From Blastocystis sp. Blastoise (taxonomy: Eukaryota; Protista; Bigyra: Opalinata), in assembly GCA_039096225.1 (NCBI GenBank), contig JBBPEB010000006.1, positions 1,302,001 to 1,366,000 of the forward strand: DNA of 64,000 nucleotides. The letters are read 5' to 3'. Position 1 is the stretch's first letter. Every line of letters starts with the position of its first letter. Positions 61,657 through 64,000 of the stretch are shown piece by piece. The position numbers were made by a program, and so were the translations under genes. The notes beneath the pieces are model-generated. The model was not told the origin of the DNA. It did not search any database and saw only the letters and a program-made list of their open reading frames with translations.

Positions 61657-61677
61657 CATCCATTATGGAGCTTAAAT
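61602..61677 (-). ncRNA. tRNA-like cloverleaf element, copy 5, with an (AT)n hairpin replacing the anticodon arm
   Basis: Minus strand: ATTTAAG/CTTAAAT; CTCCA-TAATGGA-TGGAG; (AT)n; TCAGG-TTCAACT-CCTGA. Confidence 0.6.
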
Positions 61678-61750
61678 ACAACCAAAAAAGGGTACTAATA
61701 AAGTTCAATAGAAGTATATATTATATAAAACAATATATATATATATATAA

Positions 61751-62613
61751 TTATATAAACAAACAAATATATATAAAAAAATAATATATATAGAATAAAA
61801 TGTAGCCCATACGACCAAGAACAATCCCAAAACATATAATAATGACTAAAGAGAGATATAAATAAATAGTATCATCTAAGAAGAGAAAAAAAATACTATA
61901 AAATAGAAATAATTATATAGTTGAATAATAGTAATTATATATATATATATATATATATACCTTTTAAAGAATGAATAGAAGAATATCCAGGTACTAACTG
62001 CACTATAGAGCCTATATAAGAAAAAATAAGAAAGAATTAAAATAAAAATAAAAATATATATATGATATATCTATATACCTTTAGCCTCAGAAGGATGACA
62101 ACCATCAGTAGAAGACTCATTAACAACATAAGAACCTATAGATAAATAAAAATATAAAAATAAAAACAAATGAATGACAACATACCTTCAAGACCATTAG
62201 TGGAGTTCACATCATCATCAATGGCACCAGCAACAGAATCCACAACAACAGAAGAACCTATAGATAAATAAAAATATAAAAATAAAAACAAATGAATGAC
62301 AACTTACCTTCAGGACCAGACGATAACCTTACACCATCATCAATACTGGACACCAAGGACACAGAAGAGTCTAAGATAATATAAAATAATAATAAAAAGA
62401 AAGAAATGAATAAATATATACCTTCAAGACCATATAGATAAGGACCATCACCATCAACGACATCCATACTTGTATTCACTTGAGTAGAAGAACCTATATA
62501 TGAATAATAAAAAAAATAAATACAATACATACTTGACCTTCTCCGAGAAAGGTAATTTTTTTTGTTCAAGGACCTCCACCTTGATGACAATCAGCCTTTT
62601 CTAGGCATCTCAT
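61751..62613 (-). CDS. Small host membrane-anchored protein built from tandem phase-1 exons; 5' end uncertain, possibly a pseudogene
   Basis: Similar short exons (GSSTQVNTSMDVVDGDGPYLYGLE, DSSVSLVSSIDDGVRLSSGPE, GSSVVVDSVAGAIDDDVNSTNGLE, GSYVVNESSTDGCHPSEAK) and a last exon with hydrophobic LYLSLVIIICFGIVLG; the putative first exon contains an in-frame TGA. Confidence 0.45.
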
Positions 62614-63399
62614 TTAATAATTAAATAAAAAATAAGTATTTTTATATAGAAAACAAAAACACATTCATATTTGAATTTTTGTAAAATAGGGTCAATATTT
62701 AAAATATGCATTTTTAAAAATATTAGGAATCATAATTAACCTTGAATTTTCATTAATTTTATTGCTAAACTGATAATTGGGTCATTTTTTGTTAAAAACA
62801 TTTTGGGTACCCAAAAACTATAGTTTTTTACATTTTTTAATTATTTGTTTTTTTTTAAATAACTAAGTATGTTTTATTCATTAATTTGATGTTGTATTGT
62901 TATATTTTTTATATTTATTTTTATATATTTATTTATTTATTTAAAATAATACACTTTTCTATAGGATTCTCTTGTCTTTGTCTTGGTTGTGGTGTTAAGT
63001 GGTTCTTGAAGTGGTCCTGGTTGTGTCAAATGGATTATTTCGTGTCAGGTATATAAATATATTATTTATTTCTTAACCTCTGTTTATTTTTTACTAATTG
63101 CTTTTTGTTATTATTATTTTTATTATCTATTTTATTTATTTATGTATTTATATCATTTATTAAATTATTTATTATCTATTTTTATTCTATAGGAAAAAGA
63201 AAAGTAATGGATGTGTAGTGGTCTTCATTTCTTGATGTTTTATCTCTTTACTCTGTGGTCTCAAGTTTATCTATTAGATATATATATATATTTATCTATT
63301 TATTTATTTATTTATTTATTTATTTATATATATATTTATTTATTTATTTACTTATTTATTTATTTATTTTCTATTTTTTATAGGTTTAATAGTCTTCTT

Positions 63400-64000
63400 A
63401 TTTTTCTTCCTTCTTTCTTTTTCCTTCATCCTTCATCCTTCATCCTTTCTTCTTCTTACTTCCTGCTTCCTACTTCATTCTTCCTTCTTCTTCATTTTTC
63501 CTGCTTCCTTCTTCCTTCTTCCTTCTTCCTCATCCTTCCTTCTTCCTCATCCTTCCTTCTTCCTGCTTCCTTCTTCCTGCTTCCTTCTTCCTGCTTCCTT
63601 CTTCCTTCTTCCTTCTTCCTACTTCATCCTTCCTACTTCATCCTTCCTTCTTCTTTCTTCCTTCATCCTTCCTTCATCCTTCTTTCTTCCTACTTCCTTC
63701 TTCTTTCTTCTTCTTTCTTCCTTCTTCTTCTTTCTTCCTTCATCCTTGATTCTTCCTACTTCCTACTTCATTCTTCCTTCTTCTTCATCCTTCCTTCTTC
63801 CTTCTTCCTCCTTTCTTCTTCCTTCTTCCTCATCTTTGATTCTTCTTACTTACTTCTTCCCCATCCTTTCTTCTTCCTCATCTTTGATTCTTCTTACTTC
63901 CTACTTCCCCATCCTTGATTCTTCCTTCTTCCTTATCCTTCCTTCTTCCTCCTTCATTCTTCCTTATCCTTCATTCTTTCTTCTTCTGACTTCCTTCTTT
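63400..64000. repeat. Pyrimidine-rich (TTCC/TTC/CATCC) low-complexity tract running off the window
   Basis: Directly visible. Confidence 0.9.

Overview
Very AT-rich, intron-containing eukaryotic (protist) DNA; a TGTTT(T)GTT 3'-end motif suggests a Blastocystis-like host (inference). Two large mobile elements dominate. (1) A 20.4-kb Mutator-like element (11624-31988) has imperfect TIRs, an exact 9-bp TSD (TTTATATTA), an intact 6-exon transposase and ~16 kb of cargo. (2) A 27.9-kb endogenous Polinton-like virus (33195-61099) has ~897-bp TIRs that end in 116-nt GC-rich hairpins. It encodes two double-jelly-roll major capsid paralogs, two penton-like proteins, a packaging ATPase, an adenain-like protease, an AEP primase-SF3 helicase, an SSB and two tyrosine recombinases, with no pPolB or RVE integrase. 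Most notable signals: (a) a canonical -1 frameshift cassette (A_AAA_AAC, 7-nt spacer, GC-rich stem) that would fuse a core polyprotein to the maturation protease, like retroviral gag-pro; (b) long perfect heat-shock-element arrays upstream of the replication/recombination genes only, suggesting HSF-triggered provirus reactivation; (c) five tRNA-like cloverleaves with compensatory changes and no usable anticodon arm, one inside the virus. The remaining host DNA is mostly decayed multi-exon genes, microsatellites and strand-asymmetric purine/pyrimidine tracts. All protein assignments are by motif recognition only; no searches were run.
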